A stretch of 52,155 bases of DNA from Acidobacteriota bacterium (GTDB lineage Bacteria; Acidobacteriota; Vicinamibacteria; Vicinamibacterales; UBA2999). Positions 16,553 through 25,858 of this stretch are shown in pieces. Positions within the stretch are counted from its first letter, which is position 1. The number at the start of each line of letters is the position of its first letter. The notes beneath the pieces were generated by a model. It was not told where the DNA came from. It ran no database searches and saw nothing but the letters and a program-made list of their open reading frames with translations. A program made the position numbers and the translations under genes. The DNA is taken from positions 1 through 52,155 of the forward strand of contig JANMUX010000043.1 of NCBI GenBank assembly GCA_031392125.1. The letters run 5' to 3'.

Positions 16553-17725
16553 CTAAAAAATCTGGCTACCGGCGACGATCAGGCCCATGCCTTCGCGGCC
16601 GCGCGCGACTTCGACGCGCAGCGCCGTGAACAACGGACCGTGAAAGCGGGCACCAAGGCCCCAGCTGGTCTCAAAGTCACGCGTCTGGAATTGCTTGCGG
16701 TCCGACGCCACCTGTCCAGCGTCCAGGAACAAGGCCATGTCGATGTAGCGCGACGGCCGCCAGCGATACTCGCCGGTCAACAGCACGCGGTTGCGATCGG
16801 TGAACCGCCGCGTCGCGAAGCCCCGTAACGTGCTGCCGCTGCCAAGGTAGGGCGACAGCATGACCGGCACGCTGGCGCCCGGCTCGGTGCTGGTGAGCGT
16901 CACGAGGCCGCGCGCGGCCAGCACGAACTGCTCACGCACGAGCGGCACCAGCTGCACCACCTCGAATTCCTGCAGGTCGAACGAGTTGGGGTTGCTGTTG
17001 GTCTCGTTGTGCCGCTCCCACGTGGCGCGATAGAAGCCCCCCCTGGTGCTGTAGCCCGGCGAGCTGCGCCAGTCGATGGCGACACCGCCGCGAGTCACGT
17101 TGTAGCGCAAGTCGTCACCAAGCCCTGGGCCCGCGTCCGACAGGGTGCCCCGGGCCTCGCTGGCGGTCTCGATGTTGACGAATGAGTAGCCGCTGCTGAA
17201 CGACAGCCACTTGGCCGGCTTGAAGGCGGCGTTGAACGTCAGATCGGTAGGCTGATAGTCATATCGCAGGCGAGAGCTCTTGTCGGAGGCGGGTCCAAGG
17301 CCATAAAACGACACGCCTCGGGCGTTAAGCCAGCTTCCGCTCGCATCCACGCGCAGCCTGCCACGCCACAACCCAGGCGCCGCCAGCTTGGTCTCGAACA
17401 GTACCGAATTGTTCAGCGAGATGCCGCCCATCACATTGAAAGACGCCGCCTTCTGCAGACGCTTCAGGTAGCCGGCGCCGACCGCCATACCCGAGCCGCC
17501 GAACACGCTGCCAAACCACGGGTAGATGCCGTCGCCGCCGCTGAGCAGCGGCGAGATCAGGATGCGACGGATGACCAGCTCCGCATCCGACGGCCCCTCT
17601 TCTGCCAGCCTCTTTGCCTTCTCAGCTTGCTGCTCGGCAATCGCGCCTTCGCGCGTGGCCTGTGCGAATGAGGGCACGCTGACGAGAAGGGCTAGCAGGA
17701 AGGCGGTGAGCCGAAACATCGGCAT
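16553..17725 (-). CDS. Omp85/BamA-family outer-membrane beta-barrel without POTRA domains
   Basis: Signal peptide 'MPMFRLTAFLLALLVSVPSFAQ'. Alternating beta-strand pattern, 'LGSGSTLRGFATRRF' (Omp85 loop-6 RGF-type motif) and a C-terminal aromatic residue ('...AGSQIF'). Confidence 0.7.
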   Translation of the reverse strand: MPMFRLTAFLLALLVSVPSFAQATREGAIAEQQAEKAKRLAEEGPSDAELVIRRILISPLLSGGDGIYPWFGSVFGGSGMAVGAGYLKRLQKAASFNVMGGISLNNSVLFETKLAAPGLWRGRLRVDASGSWLNARGVSFYGLGPASDKSSRLRYDYQPTDLTFNAAFKPAKWLSFSSGYSFVNIETASEARGTLSDAGPGLGDDLRYNVTRGGVAIDWRSSPGYSTRGGFYRATWERHNETNSNPNSFDLQEFEVVQLVPLVREQFVLAARGLVTLTSTEPGASVPVMLSPYLGSGSTLRGFATRRFTDRNRVLLTGEYRWRPSRYIDMALFLDAGQVASDRKQFQTRDFETSWGLGARFHGPLFTALRVEVARGREGMGLIVAGSQIF

Positions 17726-17743
17726 ATTATAAGGGTCTGACCC

Positions 17744-18553
17744 CTAAAGGCGTTCGAGCTGCCATTTCGTGCGGGTATAGGCGATGCGGAAGCCGTTTCG
17801 CTCCGCATTTCTCTGCGACGCACTACCAGGTGCGGCGCACATCATGGCCAGCTGGCACCCTTCCTCTGCCAGGCGCTTGAGCCGCCACTCGAGCAGCGCC
17901 GACTGCGCGCCTTGCCGCCGCCCCTCCGGCACCGTGCTCGCCCCAGCCAGCAGGCCGACGCCATTCGACATGAACAGGGCCGCAGTTGCGATGGCCCGGT
18001 CGTCGATCTCCGCGATGATGCAGGTGGCGTATTCCACGCTGATGCGCGCGAACCCCTCGATGAACGACTGAACGTCGGCAGATTCGCTCCAGCCGCGGGC
18101 CGACACCGACGCAAATAACCCCGCCTCTTCAGGCGTCACCACGCGCACGCGAATTCTCGAGTTCACCTCGCGCGCATCGGCCTTGGCGCCGATCGACCTG
18201 AACATGACACTCGATAGCTCGACGGGCCGGTAGCCACGCGCGGCGAGGGTGGCCAACGCCTCAACGCCGGCGAGCGGGCTGACCTCGTGAATCACGGCGG
18301 AGCCGCGCGACGTGAAGAACGCTTCCATGGCATCGAGGTCGGCATCGGTGAGCGTGGTCGCAACCCCGAGACCGAACGTCTGGGTGAGCGGCGAGCCAAC
18401 GCCGGAAAACATCGCCAGCGTGCCGCCGAACTGCTGCCACGTGGCGCACGAGGCTGGCTCGCGCCGGCCCTGGATCTCTACGAACGCCGCATTACCGCGT
18501 CCTTCGGTCAGCTCGAGCCGTCGCGAGAGTTCGCGATCGCTGAACACAGTCAC
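17744..18553 (-). CDS. GNAT-family N-acetyltransferase
   Basis: C-terminal half 'VPEGRRQGAQSALLEWRLKRLAEEGCQLAMM...SQRNAERNGFRIAYTR' fits the GNAT motif A (R/Q-x-x-G-x-G/A) and motif B region. Confidence 0.65.
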   Translation of the reverse strand: MTVFSDRELSRRLELTEGRGNAAFVEIQGRREPASCATWQQFGGTLAMFSGVGSPLTQTFGLGVATTLTDADLDAMEAFFTSRGSAVIHEVSPLAGVEALATLAARGYRPVELSSVMFRSIGAKADAREVNSRIRVRVVTPEEAGLFASVSARGWSESADVQSFIEGFARISVEYATCIIAEIDDRAIATAALFMSNGVGLLAGASTVPEGRRQGAQSALLEWRLKRLAEEGCQLAMMCAAPGSASQRNAERNGFRIAYTRTKWQLERL

Positions 18554-19809
18554 CGCAGCGCCTGGTAGACCAGGTTCGGAAACGCCTCCCGAATGTCGGT
18601 GCCGTTGGGAATGAGCTGGATCATCAGCAGCATGACCAGCTTCTCTTCCGGATCGATCCGGTAGACCGAACCATACGCACCGCCCCAGCCGAATGCACCT
18701 TCGCTCTGCATGCCGTTGGCGCCAAAGCGATCGGTGGTCTCGAAACCAAGACCGAAACCCAGGCCGTTAGTGGAGTGCAGCGTGCCGACTTGGTTGGTCG
18801 CCATCAACCGCACACTACGCGGCGACAGCAGACGAACTCCGTCAAGGGAACCACCAAGCCGAATCGCCTCCAGGAACCGCGCATAGTCGCGAGCGGTGGA
18901 CAGCAGGCCAGCGCCGCCGGCGAAGTTTTTCCGCGGACCGTCGGCGTAGTGGCCCTGGCCGCGTGCGCCATCAGGCGCGCGTTCGTAGGCGCCATCCTTG
19001 GCCGCATAGACCGCGGCCAGTCGCAAGCGGTCTGCGGGTGGCAGGAAAAACTGGGTGTCCTTCATGCCGAGCGGCGCGATGATGCGCGTGCGCAGATAGT
19101 CATCGAGCGGCATGCCCGATACCTTCTCGACGATGCAGCCCAGAATGTCGGTGTTGTAACCGTAGACCCATTTCTCGCCGGGCTGAGCGACGAACGGCAG
19201 CGTCCCCAGCCGTTCCATCGTGGCGCACACCGGCTCGTCTTTGTCGGCGGTGTACCAGCCAAAGCCAGCGGCGGGCCCGAGGCCCTTTGCCGCATACAGC
19301 TCTGAGACGACCGCATCGGTGCCGTAGGAAATGCCGGCGGTATGGGTTAGCAGGTCGCGAATCGTAATCGGCCGTCGCGCGGGCTCGGTAACGACGCCGG
19401 TGGTCATCTTCGCCGTGGCGACGGTGGTCTTGGCAAAGGTCGGAATGAAGTCGCCAGCGCGCCGGCCGAGCGAGAGGCGGCCCTCTTCGATCAGCTGCAT
19501 GATCGCGACGCTCGTCAGCGCCTTGGTCTGCGATGCAATGCGGAAGATCGTGTCGGTCGTCATGCGGCGCCCGGCTTCGCGGTCGCTCCAGCCGAAGGCC
19601 TTCTCGTAAATGGGCTTACCGTCCTGCATCACCAGCGCCACGATTCCGGGGACGCGGTTGTCGTCCACGAAACGTTGCAGGCCACTGTCGATGACGGCGA
19701 CCCGGTCGGCAGCGAGGCCGGCAGGCCTGGTTTGCAGTGACGGCGATGCCGGCAACAGCACGAGCGCGGCCAGCACGGCCGCAATTCCGATTCGCATTCT
19801 CATCATCAC
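18550..19809 (-). CDS. beta-lactamase-fold serine hydrolase (class C/DD-peptidase-like), secreted
   Basis: 'FRIASQTKALTSVAIMQL' contains the SxxK motif. 'YGYN' fits the YxN-type motif. N-terminal signal peptide. 4-nt overlap with the downstream GNAT gene. Confidence 0.75.
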   Translation of the reverse strand: MMMRMRIGIAAVLAALVLLPASPSLQTRPAGLAADRVAVIDSGLQRFVDDNRVPGIVALVMQDGKPIYEKAFGWSDREAGRRMTTDTIFRIASQTKALTSVAIMQLIEEGRLSLGRRAGDFIPTFAKTTVATAKMTTGVVTEPARRPITIRDLLTHTAGISYGTDAVVSELYAAKGLGPAAGFGWYTADKDEPVCATMERLGTLPFVAQPGEKWVYGYNTDILGCIVEKVSGMPLDDYLRTRIIAPLGMKDTQFFLPPADRLRLAAVYAAKDGAYERAPDGARGQGHYADGPRKNFAGGAGLLSTARDYARFLEAIRLGGSLDGVRLLSPRSVRLMATNQVGTLHSTNGLGFGLGFETTDRFGANGMQSEGAFGWGGAYGSVYRIDPEEKLVMLLMIQLIPNGTDIREAFPNLVYQALR

Positions 19810-19835
19810 AACACCCCTGCAGTTTGCTGCCTAAG

Positions 19836-20834
19836 CTAGGGCAGCCGCAACATTCCGGCGGTCGCGCATTCCTCCGCGACCTTGAGATAGCGAAGCACGC
19901 TGTCAGTGCCGATCACGTACGGGTGCGGGTCACCCGGCTTACGGGCAGCCATCGCCGGGAGCTTGGTTTTCGAGCCATCGAAGATGGTGTGGTTGGCGAT
20001 CAGCACGTCGGCGCCGGCCTTGGCGGCGATGTCGCGGAAGCGCCGCGCGGAATCGATGTAGACCTGGAAGCGCTCTTTCGAGTGAGGGAAGTTGAAGGCC
20101 GTGCCGCCCCACGCCGCGGCCACGTGTCTCGTGCCGCGATCGAACACGGGCACGATCGTCGACACGGTTCCCATGGTGTGCCCGGGCGTGATGTAGAAAG
20201 TGAGCGTTTGATCGCCAACCGTGAGCACCTGCCCGTCGGTCACGACCATGTCGCGTTTCGGCTTCGAGGGATCGCGAGTGTTCTTCTCGAGCATGTCCCA
20301 GTCGGCTGCCGACAACAGGACGCGGGTCTTGAATGAATCCTGCAGGTATTGCGCGCCGCCGGAGTGATCGCGATGCCCATGGCTGACGAGCGCGTATTTG
20401 ATCGTTGTGGGATCGAGCCCGAGCTTTTTCAGCCCGCCGACGATCTGGCTGTCAACGGAGTACTCGAAGATCGTGTCGAGAACGACGATGCCGTCTTTCG
20501 TGGCGACAGCCCAGGCTGAATATTCTTTCTCGCCGACGAAGTAGAGGTTGTCGAACACCTTGACGGGGTCAGCCTCCCACGTCGATTTGGCCGGCGGACC
20601 CGGCGGTCGGGGCGCAGCGGCCGCCGATGGCGTGGCGGCCGGGGCCGCAGGTCGCGCCGGTTCAGGTTGGCACAGGCGATTGAACAGGCCGATGTGGTCC
20701 TGGCCCGCAGCCGCGCGAGCGGCGGCCACGTGCGCAGCCACGGTTCCTGCCGGCGCCTGTGCGGTGAGAGTGAACCCGCCGAGTCCCCAGGCCAGTGCGG
20801 TTGCCGCCAAGAATCCCGTTGTGATTGTCGTCAT
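19836..20834 (-). CDS. MBL-fold metallo-hydrolase, secreted
   Basis: 'YALVSHGHRDHSGGAQYL' is the HxHxDH metallo-beta-lactamase motif. Signal peptide 'MTTITTGFLAATALAWGLGGFTLTAQA'. Confidence 0.75.
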   Translation of the reverse strand: MTTITTGFLAATALAWGLGGFTLTAQAPAGTVAAHVAAARAAAGQDHIGLFNRLCQPEPARPAAPAATPSAAAAPRPPGPPAKSTWEADPVKVFDNLYFVGEKEYSAWAVATKDGIVVLDTIFEYSVDSQIVGGLKKLGLDPTTIKYALVSHGHRDHSGGAQYLQDSFKTRVLLSAADWDMLEKNTRDPSKPKRDMVVTDGQVLTVGDQTLTFYITPGHTMGTVSTIVPVFDRGTRHVAAAWGGTAFNFPHSKERFQVYIDSARRFRDIAAKAGADVLIANHTIFDGSKTKLPAMAARKPGDPHPYVIGTDSVLRYLKVAEECATAGMLRLP

Positions 20835-20918
20835 GCCATCCCCCGGCGCGATTCTACGCCGACAGCACCACGCCGATTGCGACGATCGGGCCCGCCAGCA
20901 GGGTGAGCGGGTCCGGGG

Positions 20919-20942
20919 GATGCGGTAGCTGAAAACCGCATC
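20919..20942 (-). terminator. hairpin just downstream of pntB (terminator-like, no clear U tract)
   Basis: GATGCGG (20919-20925) pairs with CCGCATC (20936-20942) across a 10-nt loop, 6 nt beyond the pntB stop on the minus strand. Confidence 0.35.
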
Positions 20943-20948
20943 ACGGGG

Positions 20949-22355
20949 TCATTTCTTCAGTTCGGCCAGCACCGCGTCGATCATCTTCTTGGCATCGCCG
21001 AACAACATCTGCGTGTTGTCCTTGTAGAAGAGCGGATTATCCACGCCGGCGTAACCGCTGGCCATGCCGCGCTTCATCACGATGCAGGTCTTGGCCTTCC
21101 ACACTTCCAGGATCGGCATGCCGTAAATCGGGCTCGACGGATCGTCGAGCGCGCCCGGATTAACGATGTCGTTGGCACCGATCACGATCACGACGTCCGT
21201 GCTGGGGAAGTCGTGGTTGATCTCCTCCATCTCGAGCACGATGTCGTACGGGACCTTCGCTTCGGCCAGCAGCACGTTCATGTGGCCAGGCAGCCGGCCG
21301 GCGACCGGGTGAATGGCGAACCGCACGTTCGCCCCCTTATCGCGCAGGATCTTCGTGACTTCGTACATCGGGTGCTGCGCTTGGGCGACGGCCATGCCGT
21401 AACCCGGCACGACGACCACGCTCTTGGCATCCCGCAGCAGCTCCGCGGTCTCTTCGGCGGTGATGCTCTTCACCTCGCCCGCGGGCTGGCCGCCCGCCGC
21501 CGGGGCCTTGCCTTCGTCGGCGCCGAAGCCGCCGAGAATCACGCTGAGGAACGAGCGGTTCATCGCGTGGCACATGATGTAGCTCAGGATCGCGCCGCTT
21601 GATCCCACCAGCGCACCGGTGATGATCAGCAGGTCGTTTCCGAGCATGAAGCCCGCCGCCGCCGCCGCCCATCCCGAATAGCTGTTCAGCATCGAGACGA
21701 CCACCGGCATGTCGGCGCCGCCAATTGCCATGACCAGGTGAATGCCCAGCAGCGATGCAATCAGCGTGGCGATGATCAGCGGCTGCAGCGCCGCGCCGTG
21801 TTCGGCGCTCACGAACTGAAAGCCCAGAAACACGCAAGCGAGCAGCGCCACCAGGTTCAGTAGATGGCGGCCGGGCATCAGCAGTGGCTTGCTGCCAATC
21901 AGGCCCTGCAGCTTGCCAAACGCGATGATCGAGCCCGTGAACGTCACGGCACCGACGAAGACCCCGATGAACGTCTCGACCGAGTGGATGGTCGCTTCGA
22001 CGCCGACCAGTGTGTTGCCCAGGTCGAGCGTGCCGCCAAACCCAACCAGCACGGCCGCCAGGCCGACGAAGCTGTGGAGCATGGCCACCAGCTGCGGCAT
22101 GTCGGTCATCTCGACTCGCGCGGCCATGGCGGCGCCAATCGCGCCGCCGATCACCAGCGCGCCAATCAGCACGCCGTAGTTGCCGGCGTGCGGTCCGAAC
22201 GCGGTGACGCCGACCGCCAGCGCCATGCCGAGCATGCCGAACAGGTTGCCGCGCCGCGCCGATTCCTGCGCCGACAGTCCACCCAGGCTGAGGATGAAGA
22301 GAATGCCGGCGGCGAGGTAAGCGATGGTGACGAGTGTTTCTGGCAGAGTGATCAT
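20949..22355 (-). CDS. pntB: NAD(P) transhydrogenase subunit beta
   Basis: From ATG at 22355: '[26 protein letters not shown]', multiple TM helices, then the dIII domain '[13 protein letters not shown]...[18 protein letters not shown]...GANDIVNP'. ATGA overlap with pntA. Confidence 0.9.
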   Translation of the reverse strand: MITLPETLVTIAYLAAGILFILSLGGLSAQESARRGNLFGMLGMALAVGVTAFGPHAGNYGVLIGALVIGGAIGAAMAARVEMTDMPQLVAMLHSFVGLAAVLVGFGGTLDLGNTLVGVEATIHSVETFIGVFVGAVTFTGSIIAFGKLQGLIGSKPLLMPGRHLLNLVALLACVFLGFQFVSAEHGAALQPLIIATLIASLLGIHLVMAIGGADMPVVVSMLNSYSGWAAAAAGFMLGNDLLIITGALVGSSGAILSYIMCHAMNRSFLSVILGGFGADEGKAPAAGGQPAGEVKSITAEETAELLRDAKSVVVVPGYGMAVAQAQHPMYEVTKILRDKGANVRFAIHPVAGRLPGHMNVLLAEAKVPYDIVLEMEEINHDFPSTDVVIVIGANDIVNPGALDDPSSPIYGMPILEVWKAKTCIVMKRGMASGYAGVDNPLFYKDNTQMLFGDAKKMIDAVLAELKK

Positions 22356-23905
22356 CGGCGGAACATCCGCAGCATCCGCTGCGTCACCATGAAGCCGCCC
22401 ACGATGTTGATGGTGGCGAGAAGAATGGCCGCGGCGCCGACGAGCACGACGGGCGAGGTAACCGGACCGTTCAACTGGAGCATGCCGCCGAGCACGATGA
22501 TGCCGCTGATGGCGTTGGTCACGCTCATGAGCGGCGTGTGCAAGGCCGGGGTGACGTTCCACACCACCTGCCAGCCAATCACTACCGACAGCGCGAACAC
22601 GGTCAGGTGGGAAAGGAAGGCCGGCGGGGCAACCAGCCCGAGGCCGACGAGCCCTACCGCGGCAATCAGCGCGAAGATCGGGCCGGCCACGCTCTTCGAC
22701 GGGGCTGCCTTGACCGCCGCCACAGCAGGCGCGGCAATCAGCTTGGGGTCAGGCGGCAGGGCAGCCGGCGGCCGAGGCGGTGGCGGCCACAGTACTTCAC
22801 CGTCGCGCAGCACCAACGCACCCCGCACGACCTCATCTGCGAGATCCAGGTGGAAGTGGCTGGCGCCGCCGAGGTCCGCGAGCAGGTGCGTGAGGTTATT
22901 ACCGAACAGGAAGCTGGCCGTTGGCGCCAGGCGGCTTGGCAGGTCGGTGTAGCCCAGAATATGGACGCCGTACTTCTGCACGACGTTGCCCGGTTCGGTC
23001 AGCGCGCAGTTGCCGCCGTTCTCGGCAGCGAGATCGACGATCACCGACCCCTTCTTCATCCCCTTCACCATTTCTTCGGTGATGAGGATCGGAGCGGGCC
23101 GGTTGGGGATGAGCGCGGTCGTGATGATGATGTCGACGTCGCGCGCCTGCGCGGCGAACATTTCCATCTCCGCCTTGATGAAGGCCGGGCTCATTTCCTT
23201 GGCGTAGCCGCCGGTGCCCTCGCCGTCTTCGTGCACGTTGAGTTCGATGAACTCCGCCCCCATGCTCTTGACTTGCTCTTTCACCGTCGGCCGCGTGTCG
23301 AAGGCACGGACGATGGCGCCCATGCCGCGCGCGGCGCCGATTGCCGCAAGCCCGGCAACCCCGGCGCCGATCACCAGCACCTTGGCGGGCGGCACGCGAC
23401 CGGCCGCGGTCATCTGGCCGGTGAAGAAGCGCCCGTAGAAGCTGGCCGCCTCGACCACCGCGCGATAGCCGGCGATGTTGGCCATCGACGACAGCGCGTC
23501 CATCTTCTGCGCGCGCGAGATGCGCGGAATCTGGTCAACCGCGATGGCCGTCGCCTTGCGCGCCGCCAGCAGGTCGATGATGTCCTTGTTCTTGCCGGGA
23601 TACAGGAAGCTGATCAGCGTGCCGCCTTCGCGAATCAACTCGGCTTCGTGCACGCCGACCAGCGGATGCGCCGCCGGCGGCTGCACCTTAAGCACGATGT
23701 CGCCGGCCTGCCAGATCTCGCGCGTGCCGGTGATGATCTCCGCGCCGGCGGCGGCGTAGTCGTCGTCGCCGAACGATGCGGCGGCGCCCGCGTCGTGTTC
23801 GACGGCGACGGTGAAGCCAAGCTTGACGAGGCGCGCGACGTTTTCGGGGGTGACCGCGACCCGGCGTTCACCGGGGCGGCATTCTTTCGGGACGGCGAGC
23901 TTCAT
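22352..23905 (-). CDS. pntA: NAD(P) transhydrogenase subunit alpha (dI fused to alpha TM part)
   Basis: From ATG at 23905: '[21 protein letters not shown]', Rossmann '[22 protein letters not shown]', C-terminal TM helices. The upstream extension of the ORF-track entry is not supported. Confidence 0.9.
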   Translation of the reverse strand: MKLAVPKECRPGERRVAVTPENVARLVKLGFTVAVEHDAGAAASFGDDDYAAAGAEIITGTREIWQAGDIVLKVQPPAAHPLVGVHEAELIREGGTLISFLYPGKNKDIIDLLAARKATAIAVDQIPRISRAQKMDALSSMANIAGYRAVVEAASFYGRFFTGQMTAAGRVPPAKVLVIGAGVAGLAAIGAARGMGAIVRAFDTRPTVKEQVKSMGAEFIELNVHEDGEGTGGYAKEMSPAFIKAEMEMFAAQARDVDIIITTALIPNRPAPILITEEMVKGMKKGSVIVDLAAENGGNCALTEPGNVVQKYGVHILGYTDLPSRLAPTASFLFGNNLTHLLADLGGASHFHLDLADEVVRGALVLRDGEVLWPPPPRPPAALPPDPKLIAAPAVAAVKAAPSKSVAGPIFALIAAVGLVGLGLVAPPAFLSHLTVFALSVVIGWQVVWNVTPALHTPLMSVTNAISGIIVLGGMLQLNGPVTSPVVLVGAAAILLATINIVGGFMVTQRMLRMFRR

Positions 23906-23934
23906 GTGCGTGGCGATTATATAGGCACAACCGC

Positions 23935-25269
23935 CTACGCCAGCTTCAACCGGAACTCTCGCTGTAACAACACCAGGTTCAACGTCATCTGCAGCGTCGT
24001 CGACAGCACGGTGAACCACCAGATCCACGTCAGTGCGAACTCGGGCCGGCGCGACAAGACGATGGCCGGCACGATGCCGACGACCATCCGCAGAAACGAC
24101 GTCGCGAGCAACGGCAGCGTGTTGCCCATGCCCTGGAACATGCTGGCGGACACAAACGTGATGCCCGATGCCACGAAGTTGAGGGTCACGATGTGCAGGT
24201 AGTCCACGCCAACGTGGATCACCTCTGGATCCGAGCTGAAAAGACGCATCAGCTGTGGCGCGGCGAGGTAGATGCCGACGCCGAGCACCAGCATGAAGCC
24301 CGCGGCGATTGACGCCGCCGTCTTGAAGACCGAGCGCACCCGGTCGCCCTTATTGGCGCCGAAGTTCTGACCCGCCACCGGCGCAACGGCAAAGCCTAAG
24401 GCCACGATTGGCAGGAAGGCCGATTGAACGATCCGGAAGCCGACGCCGAATCCCGCCTGCGCCGCGGCCCCGAAGCGGCGGCTGATGGCGTAGACGACGA
24501 CCATGTAAAGTCCCATCAAGCCAAACTCGACCCCGGCCGGCAGGCCGATCTTCAGCATCTGCCACCACACGGAGAACTTCGGCTTCCAGTCGGCGAAGTG
24601 GAAGCGGAGGTACGCGTCGGGGTCGAGGAAGTAGAACGAGATCCAGATCACGCCAACGACCACGGCGACGAAGGTGGCCAGGGCGGCGCCGCCGACGCCC
24701 ATCACCGGGAATGGACCCCACCCGAAGATCAAGATGGGCGCCAGAACGATGTTGAGAATCACCGTGCCGGTTTGCACGATCATGCCCGGCTTGAAGTTGC
24801 CTGTGCCGCGCAGTGCCGCGCCCATGGCGACAATGGCGAACTGCAGCGCCATGGCCGGAATGAACCACAACAGGTACTCCTCGGTCAGGCGCTGCGTGGC
24901 CGCATCGGCGCTGAGTGCGGCGGCGTAGGCCGTGCGCGAAGCCATGGCCACCGCGAAGAACAGTACGCCCGCGACCATCGACAGGACCTGCGACTGGTTG
25001 AACAGGTAGGTAGCCTCGGCGTGCTCCTTGCGCCCCGCGGCATGCGACACCGCCGTGGTGGTGCCGACGCCGAGCATCTGCGAAATGGCGAGCACCACGA
25101 ACGACAGGTTGGCGCTGATGCCGACCGCCGCAACCGCATCGGTGCCAAGCCTGCCCACCCAGAACAGATCCACCAGCACGTACAGCGCCTGGAAAACCAT
25201 GCTGACGAGCATGAAGCTGGTGGTCTTCAGTAAGTGGCCGGTGAGCGAGCCCGTGGTGAGGTCCTGCAT
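23935..25269 (-). CDS. MATE-family efflux transporter
   Basis: About 12 predicted TM segments. N-terminal '[38 protein letters not shown]' is typical of MATE (NorM/DinF-type) proteins. Confidence 0.75.
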   Translation of the reverse strand: MQDLTTGSLTGHLLKTTSFMLVSMVFQALYVLVDLFWVGRLGTDAVAAVGISANLSFVVLAISQMLGVGTTTAVSHAAGRKEHAEATYLFNQSQVLSMVAGVLFFAVAMASRTAYAAALSADAATQRLTEEYLLWFIPAMALQFAIVAMGAALRGTGNFKPGMIVQTGTVILNIVLAPILIFGWGPFPVMGVGGAALATFVAVVVGVIWISFYFLDPDAYLRFHFADWKPKFSVWWQMLKIGLPAGVEFGLMGLYMVVVYAISRRFGAAAQAGFGVGFRIVQSAFLPIVALGFAVAPVAGQNFGANKGDRVRSVFKTAASIAAGFMLVLGVGIYLAAPQLMRLFSSDPEVIHVGVDYLHIVTLNFVASGITFVSASMFQGMGNTLPLLATSFLRMVVGIVPAIVLSRRPEFALTWIWWFTVLSTTLQMTLNLVLLQREFRLKLA

Positions 25270-25303
25270 GGTCGCAGGAATTATATCTACCGTAGCGGGG
25301 CGC

Positions 25304-25798
25304 CTACGGCGGATAAACGCGGGCGATGCTGACTTCGATGGGATCGCGGGCGGCCACGTTGAACTGCTTGAGGATCTCGTGCTGGCGGAAGGTAAAGATG
25401 CGTTCCAGGTCGCGGCGCACCATCAGGCCGTGCATCAGCGCGCCGCCGATTGGCGAGTACGACACGGTGTCCTCGACCAGGGTGCCGCCGTCGACCTCGG
25501 CAAAAGTATGGGTATGGTGCCAGCGCCAGTACGGGCCCCACAGCTGTTCGTCAACGAACCGCGCCGGAGGCGTCCAGTCGCTGATGAGGGTGCGCCACGG
25601 CACTGGGAGTCCGCGCACGACAATCAGGTAATCGATCAGCGTGCCCGACCGCATCTCGATGGGTTGCGGCGTGCGAATACGAAAGTTCAGCCACGGCGGC
25701 GTGAGCACCTGCAGGTTAGCGGCGTCGGCGAAGAACGCGAAGGTTTCAGCGAGCGGGCGCGCCACGAACAGCCGGGTGTTGAGCCTATACTGGGCCAT
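25304..25798 (-). CDS. SRPBCC-family protein (cyclase/dehydrase-like)
   Basis: 164 aa. 'RPLAETFAFFADAANLQVLTPPWLNFRI' and 'WHHTHTF' match the small SRPBCC ligand-binding proteins as I recall them. Confidence 0.6.
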   Translation of the reverse strand: MAQYRLNTRLFVARPLAETFAFFADAANLQVLTPPWLNFRIRTPQPIEMRSGTLIDYLIVVRGLPVPWRTLISDWTPPARFVDEQLWGPYWRWHHTHTFAEVDGGTLVEDTVSYSPIGGALMHGLMVRRDLERIFTFRQHEILKQFNVAARDPIEVSIARVYPP

Positions 25799-25858
25799 CG
25801 TTGCTAAGACGCTTTTTACTCGACTCGCGGTGCACGCGGTGCCGACCAGGACGACCTC

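Noticed and set aside
22356-22562. Upstream extension of the pntB ORF (and likewise 23906-24028 for pntA)
   Set aside because: The canonical PntB and PntA N-termini begin at the internal ATGs, which also give the typical ATGA coupling. The extensions are His/Arg-rich read-through of the neighbouring gene.
22538-24202. 554-aa plus-strand ORF across pntA and the MATE gene 3' end
   Set aside because: Antisense to two well-supported genes, with biased Arg/Asp/Gly composition.
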